From: Chrysomallon squamiferum
Lineage: Eukaryota; Animalia; Mollusca
NCBI GenBank assembly: GCA_012295275.1
Contig: CM022672.1
Location: 10,478,001 to 10,542,000, forward strand
Length of the DNA stretch: 64,000 bases
Direction: 5' to 3'
The notes under the pieces are model-generated. The model did not search any database. It saw nothing but the letters and a program-made list of their open reading frames with translations, and was not told where the DNA came from. Below, one piece after another: positions 1 to 55,653 of the stretch (positions are counted from its first letter, which is position 1; each line of letters opens with the position of its first letter). The position numbers were made by a program, and so were the translations under genes.

Positions 1-1672
1 CACAAGTTGTAAATTATGCTTATGCAACATGATCAGTATTCTGCTGGCAGTTAAATGAGTGCAGTAATATACTCTACAGTGTTGTCAGTATGGCACATTT
101 TAGACACTGAAACTTTTAAACTGTGGATTTTGTTGATGTTACAGGGATTATGACCCATTTGTTTTTAACTGTAATTAGTACTCATTCAGAAAACATAGAT
201 CTTGTATTTACTTGAATTCTTTTACATATCTTGTTCTTTGAAGAATTTAAATTCTGCATTTTCTTTAGGTGAAAAGGGCTATTGCCCATTTAATATTGAT
301 GATTCACATACCTTAAAAAAGTGAAGAATTTAGGTTCGAATTTTGCTAAAATGATAGACATCGTTATCTGCTTACATTAAAATGAAAGCCACAAGTGCCT
401 TTTTGGGGGGTTTAAAAAAAATCAGTCTTCTTATTCCTTGAGAAACAACTTGGAATGATACCTAGCAGATCTGTAATTTATCATAGATTATTAAATACTG
501 TGGCATTTTGGTTGTTCTTAAATAAAAATGGACTGTTCTGATTCAAGTTCTCGTCAGATTTCTTAGAATATATAAATACATACATCTATGCATTATGGAT
601 GCGTTTTCTGTTTTCTTCTCCCTATCTTGTTGTTTCTGACAATTTCTGATTAGATAATCATAATGGTATATGAATCTGTACAAAATAAACAATACAAAGA
701 GGGAATCAGAAATTGTTAAAGATTGTTTTCATATAGATTGGTACTCGGATTCAAATGGATTGGGGTGTAACTTGTCTTGGAAGGTTTTGAATGACTAGTT
801 CATTTTTTTTTTTGTAGTCTATTTTATCATTCTAAAATGGATATTATTTAACATCCATAACAAATAGTAGGATAGTATGGTTGTTTTTTAAATAAATAAA
901 TAAAATATGTATGTGTAGGGTTGACTGTGCTTGTTACCTTCTAAAGCTAAAGACAATTCTTTTTCAACTTGTACAGTGGACATATCTTGTGTAGTGTTTT
1001 TGCTTCAATCAAAATCTTCATCAATGTCTGATGCAGGTGTTTTGTTAAAAAAATAAGTCTTTTTAATTTTGCTACTTATACATGCATGTGCAATTACATT
1101 TTTACCATTTATATACATTTTTGATGCCATATTCAAATCATTTGTAATTAATTATAGGTACATTTGGAAGCATTTTAGTTACTATACTCACATTTTTGTC
1201 TTTATCCAAAAATGTGTATTAACAAAATGTGGAATTTTATATTTAAATTTTATAGCAGTATTTTTTTACAGATATAAATCACTTTTCGGCTATACAACTG
1301 TTAAATATATGTAGGAATTAACAGTTGGATTTTTTTTTTTTTTTTTTTTACATTAGTTAATAATTAATATTATTTTACTTTGAGAAAATATCTGTTTCTA
1401 GAATTTACTAAACTTCATAATTATAATCAGTCCAGAGTAAAAGTAGCTCTAACAAAACATAAAAAGAAGTGGACATTGAGAAAGTATAGACTTGCATATT
1501 TCTTTACTCCGTTTTTTTTTTTTTCATCTTTTGATTATTTGCCTGATGATTCATATGATAAATAATATTGATAATCATTTTTATTTTTATTATTATTATT
1601 ATTATTATTATTTTTATTTTTATTATTATTATTATTATTATTTTTATTTTTATTATTTTTTTATTATTATTA

Positions 1673-1721
<49 letters not shown>

Positions 1722-4099
1722 AACTACTTCTATGACTACAATTTCAGTGATGATGCTAAAACTCGTACAGAAGTATAAAATGTATTTGTCAGAAATAAAT
1801 GATAAGAGCAAGTTGATTCCATGTGGCCTGTGATACAAATGTACATAAAAATGAAATGTTGTGGAAGAAATAAAAACTGCCAGTCGGTTGTTGTTCTTTG
1901 TTTTTGCTTTTTCATTTAAATCTTTTTTCTTTTATTATTAATACATGTATTTCTTTTTGTAATTTGTTTTGTTTGTTTGTTGTTTTTTTTTTTTTTTTTT
2001 TTTTTTTTGAATTTTTTGTTTGTTGTTGGAAATGTTTTGTGGGGGGTTATACTTTTTATTTTTTTATTGTTTTATTATTTTTTTTAGTAATTTTTATTAT
2101 ATGCATATGTGTGTGTATCTATGTCTATGTGTTTTGTGTTTTGTGTGAATTTTCATAAACATAAGCTGTACTTATTGCAACATGGCAAACAGTTAAATTC
2201 ATTTGCTTCCATTGTTATTGTTTATCAGGTCCCACCCAGTCAGACATCACAAACAAACATAGATGTGGAAATTTGCTGTGAAATTATCCAGATCAGAAAT
2301 TAACCTCTTAATTACCATCATCTAAAAACTTTCAAAGTTTATAATTATACAACACATGTTTTTTTTTTTTTTTTACTGTTTTAATTTAATCAAGACATTT
2401 TACCTCAGTTTTGAGGAAGAAGACAAAATACTGTTAGGACTGAGAATCTGCTTATCATCGATCCATTACTAATGACGTCAACAAAAATAACACAGATGAC
2501 AAAACTCTACTCAGAAACCTTGATGGTTCCTAGGACAAATTCTGAACCGATCCCAATCTGTATATTGTTAATTTGTACATGTGTGTATGTGCGTGCTTGT
2601 TAATATATATATAAGCATATACAGACATACATATACATATACATATATATATATATATATATATCCATATATATACAGACACACACACATATTTTAAGCT
2701 GGGTACTTCAAAGCAACAGCAATTCAATTAGTCTGTGCAAAATTTAAACATTAATAGGTTTTTTTTAACAGATAATTGCCTGGATGGATATTTTCTGTTA
2801 AATTTTGACCCATGATAATAATAATTTTATCAATTATGATTATTTTATCAATGTTGACAAAAACGGTGATGTGAATTCTGGGAAACTACAGATGCACGTT
2901 TTATTATTATGATTATAATTTGTTTTTAAAATGTGTGGTTGACAAATGACCGATCTTTAGGAAATTCGTGTGGTGTGTCTGTCGCCTTTAGATCAGCATA
3001 GCCTGTTTACCATGTATTGAAAACAAAAACTTGTTTGTGGATGGGCATTCTGTTGTTTGAGAAACCATTATTTGCCGACTTGTTTCTATGGCATCTTATA
3101 GCTTTTGTAATGATAAACGGAAAACTGTTAGAAAGAGTAAATACATCTGCTATCTTGGGAATTGTTTTTACATTACAACATAGCAAATAAAATGTCAGAG
3201 ATTGCTGAAAACTTTATCAGTTTACTTATTCACTTTCAACAGAAAAAGTATTTCCAAGAGTTTAAATATAATTTCTCTGTGTGTGTGTGTGTGTTTTCAT
3301 TCTCACACATACATATATACATTTACATAATATTTGAAGTCTTATCTGAGAAATGCTAGAACAGCTTCTAAACTAATATAACAGAGCTAAAAAAAAAATA
3401 ATTAAATAAATTTTTAAAAATCAAACTGTTGTGCTGTATTCTTTCAAAGTAGTTAAAGCACATATATGTATGTACATTAAGTTTTGGGAAATATGTTTCT
3501 GAAAATTTTAATCTTATTTACTTTCATATGGGTTCAGAACTGTTTTTAAATATGTTTATTAAAATATTGTTAAAAAATGAATCAGTTTGAACTTTCATCA
3601 GTATTTTTATTTTATTTTCCTCCATAATTTTTGTTTCTTTATCTTTTTCTTTTTTTTTAATTTATTTATATATTTTTATTTTATTTTATTTTATTTTATT
3701 TTGGTTTCTTAATATATTTTATTTCTTAATATGAATAGTTAAATATTTACATTTTCAATTGACAAACCCATATCTGAAATTCTCATGAATAAATGCATTT
3801 TATCGGTTAAGGTTTTGTTTGATGCATAAGGAAACTGGTATTATCCTGCTTCTTAATAGGAATAAAATCGATCATTTATTATCATTTTTGTAATTAAATT
3901 TTTTTTATTATTATTACTGAGTTTTTTATTTTTTTATTTTTATTATTATTATTTTTTTTTTTTTATTATTATTTTTCATTAAATTAAAACAAAAAAAAAA
4001 AACTTTAAAAAAATGATTATAGAACCATTTTACTGTATTAATTGTTCCTATTTTTGTTATTGCTAAATATTAAATGTTACAAATTTGATTCAGAAAAAT

Positions 4100-4295
4100 C
4101 ATCGCATTATTATTTGTTCATGAATATTCCGATTTCAACCGAAAATGTTCCCATTAACTATCGGCCTCTTTCGGAATTATTCATAATCAGACGTCCATTA
4201 ATAAAGACCAAACTATCCGATAATGTTTTTGTAAAAACTTGCTGACAAAACAGACAGGTTATTAACTAAATTTTCTGTGGTCTGTTTATATCAAA
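4100..4295 (+). promoter_or_regulatory. Probable RIDA promoter/5'UTR
   Basis: Local cluster of CpG dinucleotides immediately upstream of the ATG in otherwise CpG-poor DNA; exact TSS not determinable. Confidence 0.45.
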
Positions 4296-4360
4296 ATGTC
4301 TCAAATTGTTCGAAAATTAATACAAACAGCAGCAGCACCCAAAGCAATTGGGCCATACAG
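4296..4360 (+). CDS. RIDA: RIDA exon 1
   Basis: AAAATG start; MSQIVRKLIQTAAAPKAIGPY(S); donor AG|gtaata. Confidence 0.95.
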
Positions 4361-4827
4361 GTAATAATTGCTTCTCAGTGGTCAGGTTTTTAACAACGTG
4401 TTTATTTTGAACGCATTTTTTAAACGGACGGTCCCGTACATTATTCAGGGTTGGGAACTTAGCATTTGTTATTTACTGCCAACAATAAGTGGGTAACTTC
4501 CAAATAAAACATTATAGTATTGACTAATTACAGTAAATCAGAATTTGGAGATAAAAAATAAAATAATGCTTATACTGATAAAAGTTAATAATTACAAACA
4601 TTAATGGTTACACAAAACTTATATCAGATGAGTTATAATTAATGAACAAAATTAAATTTAAAAAAATATTTAACCTTAAGATAAATAATCTTCCAAAACA
4701 GCAGAATTGCAATATTTTCAATTGACAAAAAAATCTTAAAGGACTAATTTTAAGGAAATCTATCTGTATGTCTAAATTTATATTGTAAATAAATTATAAA
4801 CTATATTATTAATAAAATAATATTATA

Positions 4828-4879
<52 letters not shown>

Positions 4880-7777
4880 TTTGTTGTAAAAATACTTTTC
4901 TCAGTCAAGCTGTTGTGGTTGACAAAACTATGTACATTTCGGGTCAGATCGGCTTTGAACCAACAACCATGGAGATTGTATCAGGAGGGGTGAAAGCTGA
5001 GGCAGATAAGGTAAACTGGAATATTTTATAAAATATAATCACAGTTTGGTACATTTGAACACCATGCCCACCTTTCCTAAGCTACAAAGATACAACAACT
5101 GCTTGCATAGAACTAACAACCCGAATTGTATACATTTTACATAAATAACTATTTTTTTATATATACACATACATTTCATCTCTAATGTGTACCTGGATGT
5201 TTTACATAAACAATTTACCTTTTTGATGCCACATCATATTAATAATAATTTTTGGTTTACATAAATGTGTACATTATCACATTGCATTAATTAATAACAT
5301 ATTTTGTCTACGAATAATTGGACATGTTTTACCTCAGATATCAGAAAATTAATGTATACTTTCTAACTTAATTTGACATTTGAGTGCAATTTAAAATCAA
5401 GACGCTTTCATCCACAGTTGATAAAATATTTACTGACCATATACGTAAGTTATTATGCAATGTTAAAATAGCAGTGTTATTGGTTATTTACTTATTCATA
5501 AACTGTTACTAATTATTTTTTATATATATATAATTTATTTATATGCAGGCTTTGAAAAATATGGGAGCAATACTTTCTGCAGCTGGTATTTCATTTAATA
5601 ATGGTAAGAAGAAAACTATTAACGTTTAATGTGAATTTTGGTTGCTAATTTTGCTTAATAGAGTCAAATATCTCTACAACACAACCTGGTATTCCACCAT
5701 CACCTTTAATTCCTCCCATAATGTTTGAGGACCATTTACCTGTTTTAAAAAAAAAAAAATTTGAGCTTGGCATGCCACTTCCAACATGTTTTCAGGTTGT
5801 TAACTTTGATATTATCACAGCAAAGGCCTGTTCAACAACAGTTAGGTAATTCAAAATAAAGAGCTTTAATTTTTGTTTGTTTGTTTGTTTTTTTTTTTAA
5901 AAAAAAGAAGAAAGAAGAAAAACAGTTCTGTGTTTTGGCAATATTTTATAAACTGTCAGTTAATCTGATTCCAGACTTGTCTGTTACACACTGTAGGTAG
6001 CAGCTGATTGCATCCAGCCCTCTTCCATGACATCCTGTCATCATTATTTTATTTTATTTCTCTGTGAAAATTACTTGTTAATTTTGGACAATATTCAGCT
6101 ATTTCTCAGCATTTTCTACCTATCAAGAACATTCTAGCAATAAATTTAAGGCACAGATAAAGCAAATGACACTAATTTACCTTCACAATCACTTTATTCA
6201 GTTTTATAGAAATAGCCACTCTTGATATGACTAATCTATGTGTAGTTTGTTTGATTTTTTTCTGTTATATAATGATATTTTGACCATAGGTATGTGTTGT
6301 GGGTATAAGCACACACACTCTCACATACACACACACTGTTATATTTAACCATATTTCCTTTCACTAAATCCATGGATAAATGTAGAACATTTCTTTTCAG
6401 TTGTCAAGACAACAGTGCTGTTGAAAGACATGAACGATTTTGCTGCCGTGAATGAAATCTATGGAACATGTAAGAGATGGGAAAGAAATGTTTGAAATCT
6501 TGACAAAATAAAGAATAAATATTAAACAGAAAGAGATCCAGAAAAAGATGTGTGTGTGTGTGTTTAGTAAAAGATATATAAAAGAAATATTTTGTAAATC
6601 CTGAAATCAAATGGTAATAATTTAAAATAATATTTTATTAACTGTGAAATATGTAAATTATAGTTATAAATATATGTATGTACTTGTATATAAAAAAAAA
6701 ACAGCATACACATACATTCACAAAGACACATGAGAAATGCATATCTAGACACAATGTTTGACTAATAATTTATTTGGATGAAAATTAAGGTCCAAATTCA
6801 AAAAATAAAAGAATGTTTTATTTCAGACTTCACCAAGAGTTTACCAGCGAGAGCTGCCTACCAAGTGGCAGCCCTTCCCAAGGTAATTTGAACTTGATCA
6901 TTTCATCACATGGTTTTTGTTGTTTTATTCATTCCTCTCAGAAATGAAGTAAGTTGGAGTTTAGTTTAGTTTAGTTTTATTTATTTGTTTCCTTTTTTTT
7001 GTTTCCTTCAATTCATTTGTTTTTAGATAGGTTTTTTTTTTTTGTTGTTTTTTTTTTTTTTTTTTTTTTGTTCACACAGAACCATGAGTAAAGTTAGTAT
7101 TGATATATATTATTATTATTATTTTTTTTTTTTTAAATATTAAGCAACAACCCAGGTTGTTTTACCTATATTTATTTATTTCGTTTTTTCTTTTCCTTTC
7201 ATTCTTTTATTTTTTATTTTTTCTTTCTTTCTTTATTCTTTAAATATTTATTTAGGTGTTTCTTTTATCTTTATTTTTTGTAAAATTATGACATAAGGGG
7301 AGATCACTGGAAACGAAGTTATAAAGGGAAACAACCTTTTTTTTTTTAAAAGTATTAATTATTGTTTAACAAAAAAGGGAGATCACTGATAAACCATCCA
7401 AAGGGAAACAATTTGTCTTAATTTTATTATTTTATTTTATTTTATTTTTATTATTTTTTATTTTTTTTAAATCTATTTTGCAAAATTTGTAGTGATTTAG
7501 TAACACAAAAGGAAGACTACTGGAAACTACTTTTGTTAATCCTTTTTTTTTTTTTTTAATGAAACCAAATGAGATAAAAATAGAAATTAAAATTTCCAAT
7601 TATATTATGTGACCTATTTTATTGTATACATATTTTTATAAAATATCTGTGATAAAACATTATTTCTCAGTTTTTTCTATTTTTTATTTTATTTTTACTT
7701 CTTCTTCTTCTTCAATTTAGGGTGCACTGGTTGAGATTGAAGCCATTGCTGTTATTGGTGATTTAAAAGACGCGTAA
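4296..7777 (+). CDS. RIDA: RidA/UK114/HRSP12 2-iminobutanoate/2-iminopropanoate deaminase, complete 6-exon gene (join 4296-4360,4905-5010,5549-5603,6401-6469,6827-6882,7721-7777; 135 aa)
   Basis: Spliced translation MSQIVRKLIQTAAAPKAIGPYSQAVVVDKTMYISGQIGFEPTTMEIVSGGVKAEADKALKNMGAILSAAGISFNNVVKTTVLLKDMNDFAAVNEIYGTYFTKSLPARAAYQVAALPKGALVEIEAIAVIGDLKDA*. YjgF/YER057c/UK114 motifs GPYSQA, SGQI, PARAAYQV (catalytic Arg), EIE. All introns GT-AG with consistent phases. Confidence 0.97.
4905..5010 (+). CDS. RIDA: RIDA exon 2
   Basis: tctcag| QAVVVDKTMYISGQIGFEPTTMEIVSGGVKAEADK |gtaaac. Confidence 0.95.
5549..5603 (+). CDS. RIDA: RIDA exon 3
   Basis: atgcag| ALKNMGAILSAAGISFNN |gtaaga. Confidence 0.95.
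6401..6469 (+). CDS. RIDA: RIDA exon 4
   Basis: tttcag| (V)VKTTVLLKDMNDFAAVNEIYGT |gtaaga. Confidence 0.95.
6827..6882 (+). CDS. RIDA: RIDA exon 5
   Basis: tttcag| (Y)FTKSLPARAAYQVAALPK |gtaatt. Confidence 0.95.
7721..7777 (+). CDS. RIDA: RIDA exon 6 (stop)
   Basis: atttag| GALVEIEAIAVIGDLKDA TAA. Confidence 0.95.
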   Translation, partial: GALVEIEAIAVIGDLKDA

Positions 7778-8492
7778 TCTTCAGGTCAGTTCATGAAAAA
7801 AACATAAAAAACTCTACAATTATGGCAGCACTGTTAAAGAGAGATAACTACTGTAGAAATAATGAGTGTTGGTAGATAAATATAAATTAACTAAAATGTC
7901 TTCTTGGATTTGCTATAATCAGTTTAATTATTCAGGTTTGTGGAGATTTCAATGACAGTTTTGGATTTTTAATAATTTGACTCACATATATTTTTGGATT
8001 TTGTATTAATATTCTAATTGTGTGGTAATTATATATTTTGTTTAATTAATAATTAATTTGGGATTTTATTTAATTAATTAAAAATAATATTAATAATTAA
8101 ATAATTCAAGTAATTGAAATTTTAGTTTTTTGTTTTTAAAATCAGTTTAATATGTAAATGATTTTCATTTGTACAACTGTATTTCATTAGTGGGTTAAAA
8201 TAATTACATATATCAGAATCACACAAGATAAATTCAGAAGTTTAAAAATTTGGAAACTGTTACAAAACAGTTATGTTGACTTTGGTGTTTTTCTGTTAAT
8301 CATTTTTGTTTTAATTCAGTATGATTGTATGGAAACTGTTGAAATGTTTTGAAAATATGGAAGAAATTTCACAGAAGTATAAACAGTTTTTGTTAATTGT
8401 TTTTTAAATTGTAATCATATGTGATGAATTAAGATGTTTAAAATTTACAAAATATAATTAACAAAATGTGTATATGTTTGTTATATTGTAAT

Positions 8493-8498
8493 AATAAA
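8493..8498 (+). terminator. Candidate polyadenylation signal of RIDA
   Basis: AATAAA ~715 nt after the stop, followed by a T/GT-rich stretch (ttttggtttgttgt). Confidence 0.4.
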
Positions 8499-11400
8499 GT
8501 TATTTTTCTTGAAATTTTGGTTTGTTGTAATTGTTTCATGTTATTGTTATTAATTTTAAAATATAATTTTTTCTTCTGTCTAGTTTCAGTTAAAAAATAT
8601 CAGAATAATTAAAAACATGCCTTCATTAATTTTTGTAAATTACAGTAATCTTTTTAAAACATCTAGATAAATGTGTAATAAAGAATGGTGACTTTTTTCA
8701 TTTATTTATTTATTTATTTATTATTATTATTACTATTATTATTATTAGTAGTAGTAGTAGTAGTAGTAGTAGTATTACCACTATATATTTTATTTTATTT
8801 TTGATAATCAAAAATATCAAACTTTATTTAATAATTGACTCTTGTTTTAATTTATATTTATTTATTTACATTTTAATTATTTATTATTCAGACATTTATA
8901 TTTATTTTTTTATTATGTTTTTACCACATATTATAGAAAAATATTAAACAGAATATTTTAAGTGAACAATTTTAGTGAAACCTAAATGTTATGTTGACAC
9001 TTAAGATTATATAGAAATGATTTATCATTGAATTCCACAGTCATAATACACGTAATGGATTCATCCATGAAATCCAGGTGATATGTGAGCATTGGTAATC
9101 TGAACTAAGTGAGCAGACTATCTTTCAAAAGTGCTAACCATTATTTTATTTTTTTTTTTTTTTTTTTTTTTTTGAGACTCAGCCTGTTTTGACTTTTTAA
9201 ATCATGATAAGAAAAAAAATAATTAAAAGTAATTCAGAAGGTTTTTTATTTTAAATTTTATTGTTAAAAGTATGTTAATGTAAAGATGTAACAAATATTT
9301 TGCACAATTCTGACAATTACAAAAAGTGGAAATTTATATGCAGTAAGTAACAAGTACAAAAATAATAAAATAAACAAGCACTGCATGGCAAAAAGATATG
9401 AATATTGGGTTTTTTAAAAACATCTTTGATATTTATTTTATTTCTTAGAAAATTTATTATAGAAATTCCTCTGTTTCCTGTGAACCTATTTTGCTCAATC
9501 AATGTTTTATTCCTGCACAAAAAATAAAGAAAGAAAAAGAAAAAAATTAAAAAACAAAACCCCAAAAGAGCTCTAATATCTTTTTTTTTTTTTAATTTTA
9601 ATTTTTTTTTTTTTATTATAATTTTTTAAAATCTTATGTATCTTAAAGTCAGAATCCTAAAATTCTTTTTTACCCTCTTCAACCACAACCTTGGCCTTGC
9701 AGGAATAAAGGAATATTTTATGCTACTTTCTACATTAATCTGAAGATTGTATCATTTCAGTATACTTTCACCAATTAAATAATTCAATGTTTAAAGCGAT
9801 TTTCAACAATTTCAAGTTCTGTTAAAGAAAATATAAATCATTTTTAGGGAGAGGTTTTATAAAATGTTCAGATATTCCTGTTTGTACTTAGTCACTAATT
9901 CAAAACCTTTTAATAACAAATTATTCTCAAGCCTCAGTTTATTCATTTCATGTGGTCATCATTATTATCCTCTTTATTATTATTGTTATTATCATCATCA
10001 TTATTAAACATTTAATGGGTGAAGGAAAATTCTTTTTTAATCTATGATTTTAAAAATATTTAACTCTATGTGCCTTTAGACAATTAATAATTAATAATTA
10101 ATAATTTTTCTCAACCTTATTTAAATTTCAGTATCTGAACCTGAGATTGATTTTAGACACCTACTGAATCTAATCCCCTGCTTTATATGAAATATAAACA
10201 TGCAACCGAGAAAATTAACTGACAGTTTAATTTTTGCTACAACCATAATAGGAGACAAGTTATTCTCCATATCATTTAAAAATAAATAATTCAGCTGAAT
10301 TTTAAAAACAAGTGTTCAAAGATAATAGCAGTACGTTTATGTATAGATAATGTCAAAAATATTTTTGTGAAATTGACACTGAAAATGTGAACATACAAAT
10401 AGATTTATAAATAATTATTAAAGATCAAAATACAAAAACAAATAAAAATGTAGAAAATGAAGCATACAGAGACAAGCAGAAATATGTATGAATCATTTTG
10501 TGAAATGATAGCAAAAAGCACAACCGATAATATGATAACATGGATATCTTGTAATAACATTTTCACACAAATTTTCATTTTATTATAAAACAGAAACCTA
10601 CTTTTTTTTTACAAATAGAACATGTTTAACATATTAAAACAGATTAATTCACAGCTAACAACAAATAAATAACAAAAACAGCTTATGAAATAAGACAATA
10701 AATAAACAGCATTTGTTGCGTAACTTATTAATGTAAATATTAAAACATTATTTTGAAATTAATTTGTTGCCTATTTTTTATATACATATAAATTCAAATT
10801 TAACACATTTTCACCAAATGATCAGATCTGTTGTTTTAGTTAAAACAGTTTTTGAATGTGAATAAAAACTATTCTGTGACCCTACGTGTGTATATGTGGT
10901 GAGTGTTGGTGTAATATTTTCATGTGTGTCAATGTGTTGTGAGTATCTGTTTTTCATTGTGTGTGTGTGTATATGTGTACATACATACAATGTATATATA
11001 TATATATTTGTTTATATAGGTCGGTTGGTTACTTGATTTGTTTGTTAGCTTATTATTTATTTAGTTATCTAGCTAGTTTGCTATGTGATTGCTTGTTTTT
11101 ATGTGTGTGTGTGTGAGTGAGTGTGTGTTTCTGTGTGTGTGAGTGTATGTTTCTGTGTGTATGTGTGTGTGTATATATATATGGAACTTGAAACCCTGAG
11201 AAAATATTGAAAGACCAATAATATACATGTATTAAAAAGTAGGCACCAGACACAACATAAAAATAACTAAAATGAAATCATAGTATCGGTTAGCATGTGT
11301 GTGAGTAACCTAAATTAAAAAATATTTTTAAAAATGTGACTGTGTTTTATATATGTTTTCTTGAGTCTACTGGTGAGTCTGTGAGAGAGAGAGAAGAGAG

Positions 11401-11718
11401 AGAGTGCACTTGTGAATGCTTATATACACACATGCTCACACAGACATACATACTCATGTGCACATAACTATGTATGTCTTTCAATATGTATTCAGACTTT
11501 GCTACAGTTAATAAACTTTTATACACACAAGTGTAATTAAAACATCACAACCACACATACTGTAAAAGTTATTTATTAAATAGCATGATATTGCTGATTT
11601 TCAAATATAAAATAAATAAGTAAATAATGATAATAATAATAGTAGTAAACAACAATAATGACAATGATTATGATAATAAATTTAATAAAAATAATTATTA
11701 TAATAATAATATCAATAG

Positions 11719-11764
<46 letters not shown>

Positions 11765-12489
11765 CAATAAATAAATATACAAACAAATAAATAAATATAA
11801 ATAACATTCACATCATATTAATATTTAAAATACTTGTTTACATCAATGTTAGGGCAATAGTCGAAAGCTGTTGTACTCCACAAATAACCTATGAGCAACA
11901 AATTCCTCATTATGTTATTATTTTTGTTTGTCTCCACTGTTTGAACATTGTACACCACATTTAAAAAAAATAATCTCAGAAGACTGGATGTATTTCCACA
12001 AATTACAAATTTCACCAAAGAAATATCACATGAACACAACCATCAATGTGTCTGACAAAACAGCAGCTTTTTTTTCAAATGTTCCATAAACAGCAATAAT
12101 ACTAGTCTTCATTCACAGTCCATTTTTTCACAAAAACCGGATGCGTTTGTCACTGTGAAACTTCTAACTGCAACAGGAAAGTATTAATAAACAGAGATCA
12201 TACTTTTTCATTTAACCTATGGCAATTCATTTTCCTTATGAGTAAATAAGTAAATAATTAAGTAAACAGATAAATAAATAAATGTATTTATTTATTTATT
12301 TATTCCTTTATTCGGTTTTATCTGTGTAATGAATTTCATCGATACTTTTATCATCTACCTGCAAACATTTCTGTTGCACCAATTCCTTTATTCTCTACAT
12401 GAAAAATGTTCCTTTGATGCATTTATTATCTACTTAATTATAACTCATTTCTTTGTTTCTATTTTCTTCGTCACTATATACTTTTTCTC

Positions 12490-12885
12490 TGCATCAACAC
12501 AGCTTCTCACTTTGATATCTCTATGTTCTACATCAATACAACTTTTTTGTTTAATACCTTGGTTTTCTTTGATATCTCTATCTTCTATGTCAGTACAACT
12601 CTTTTCTTTGATATCTCTATCTTCTACATCAATACTATTTTTTTCTTTGAATCTCTAGCTTCTACATCAATACAACTTCTTTCTTTGACATCTCTATCAT
12701 CTACATCAATACAACTTCTTTCTTTGACATCTCTATCTTCTACATCAATACAACTTCTTTCTTTGACATCTCTATCTTCTACATCAATACAACTTCTTTC
12801 TTTGACATCTCTATCTTCTACATCAATACAACTTCTTTCTTTGACATCTCTATCATCTACATCAGTAGAACTCTTTTTCTTTGTA
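12490..12885. repeat. 39-bp minisatellite in presumed KCNT 3'UTR
   Basis: Unit TCTACATCAATACAACTTCTTTCTTTGACATCTCTATC(A/T), ~10 copies, core 12661-12870 near-perfect. Confidence 0.9.
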
Positions 12886-13400
12886 CATTATTATTATTCC
12901 TTGCTTTGATACAGGTGTTATACATCAAAAGAGTTGTTTTCTTTTATATCCTTTTTGTCTTCTTTATCACTACATTTCTTTTCTTTCTTACATGATTACT
13001 TTCTCTCCTACATCAATTTCAAATGCTTTCTCAGTTCTTCATCAGTACAACTCCATTCTTTAATTACATTTTTTCGTTAAAGAATAATAATAACAAAACA
13101 GGGTGCGGTTCTATACTTCGGCGGTATGTATTCCCCTGAGGCGTGATCTACCGATTGAGCAATTTCCTATTCCAACCCCAGCTCCATGACTAACTTTTCA
13201 CAGACTGAGGTGCATACTGTCCTACGTGTGATAAGAAGAATGTAATCAGTAGGAATATACCCACGGAATGTATGAGTTTTATCTTTCACATCATTGTTAA
13301 ACAATTAATTAATATCAAAATGTATTAAAAAGCTTATTCATTCATTCACTTTTTGTTCATGAACTGAGTATTTTTTGCTAAGTCTGGTGGTCAGCTGATG

Positions 13401-55653
<42,253 letters not shown>

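Noticed and set aside
1-4100. Head-to-head POP1 gene as in the human RIDA locus
   Set aside because: No POP1-like coding exon was recognised on the - strand upstream of RIDA in this window.
12329-12909. + strand ORFs with (STSIQLLSLTSLS)n, and the open - frame (RDVKERSCIDVED)n
   Set aside because: 39-bp minisatellite downstream of the KCNT stop; no splice or start evidence linking it to a gene.
8500-13400. Overlapping antisense 3'UTRs of RIDA and KCNT
   Set aside because: The genes are convergent but transcript ends cannot be placed; AATAAA-like hexamers are too frequent in this AT-rich DNA.
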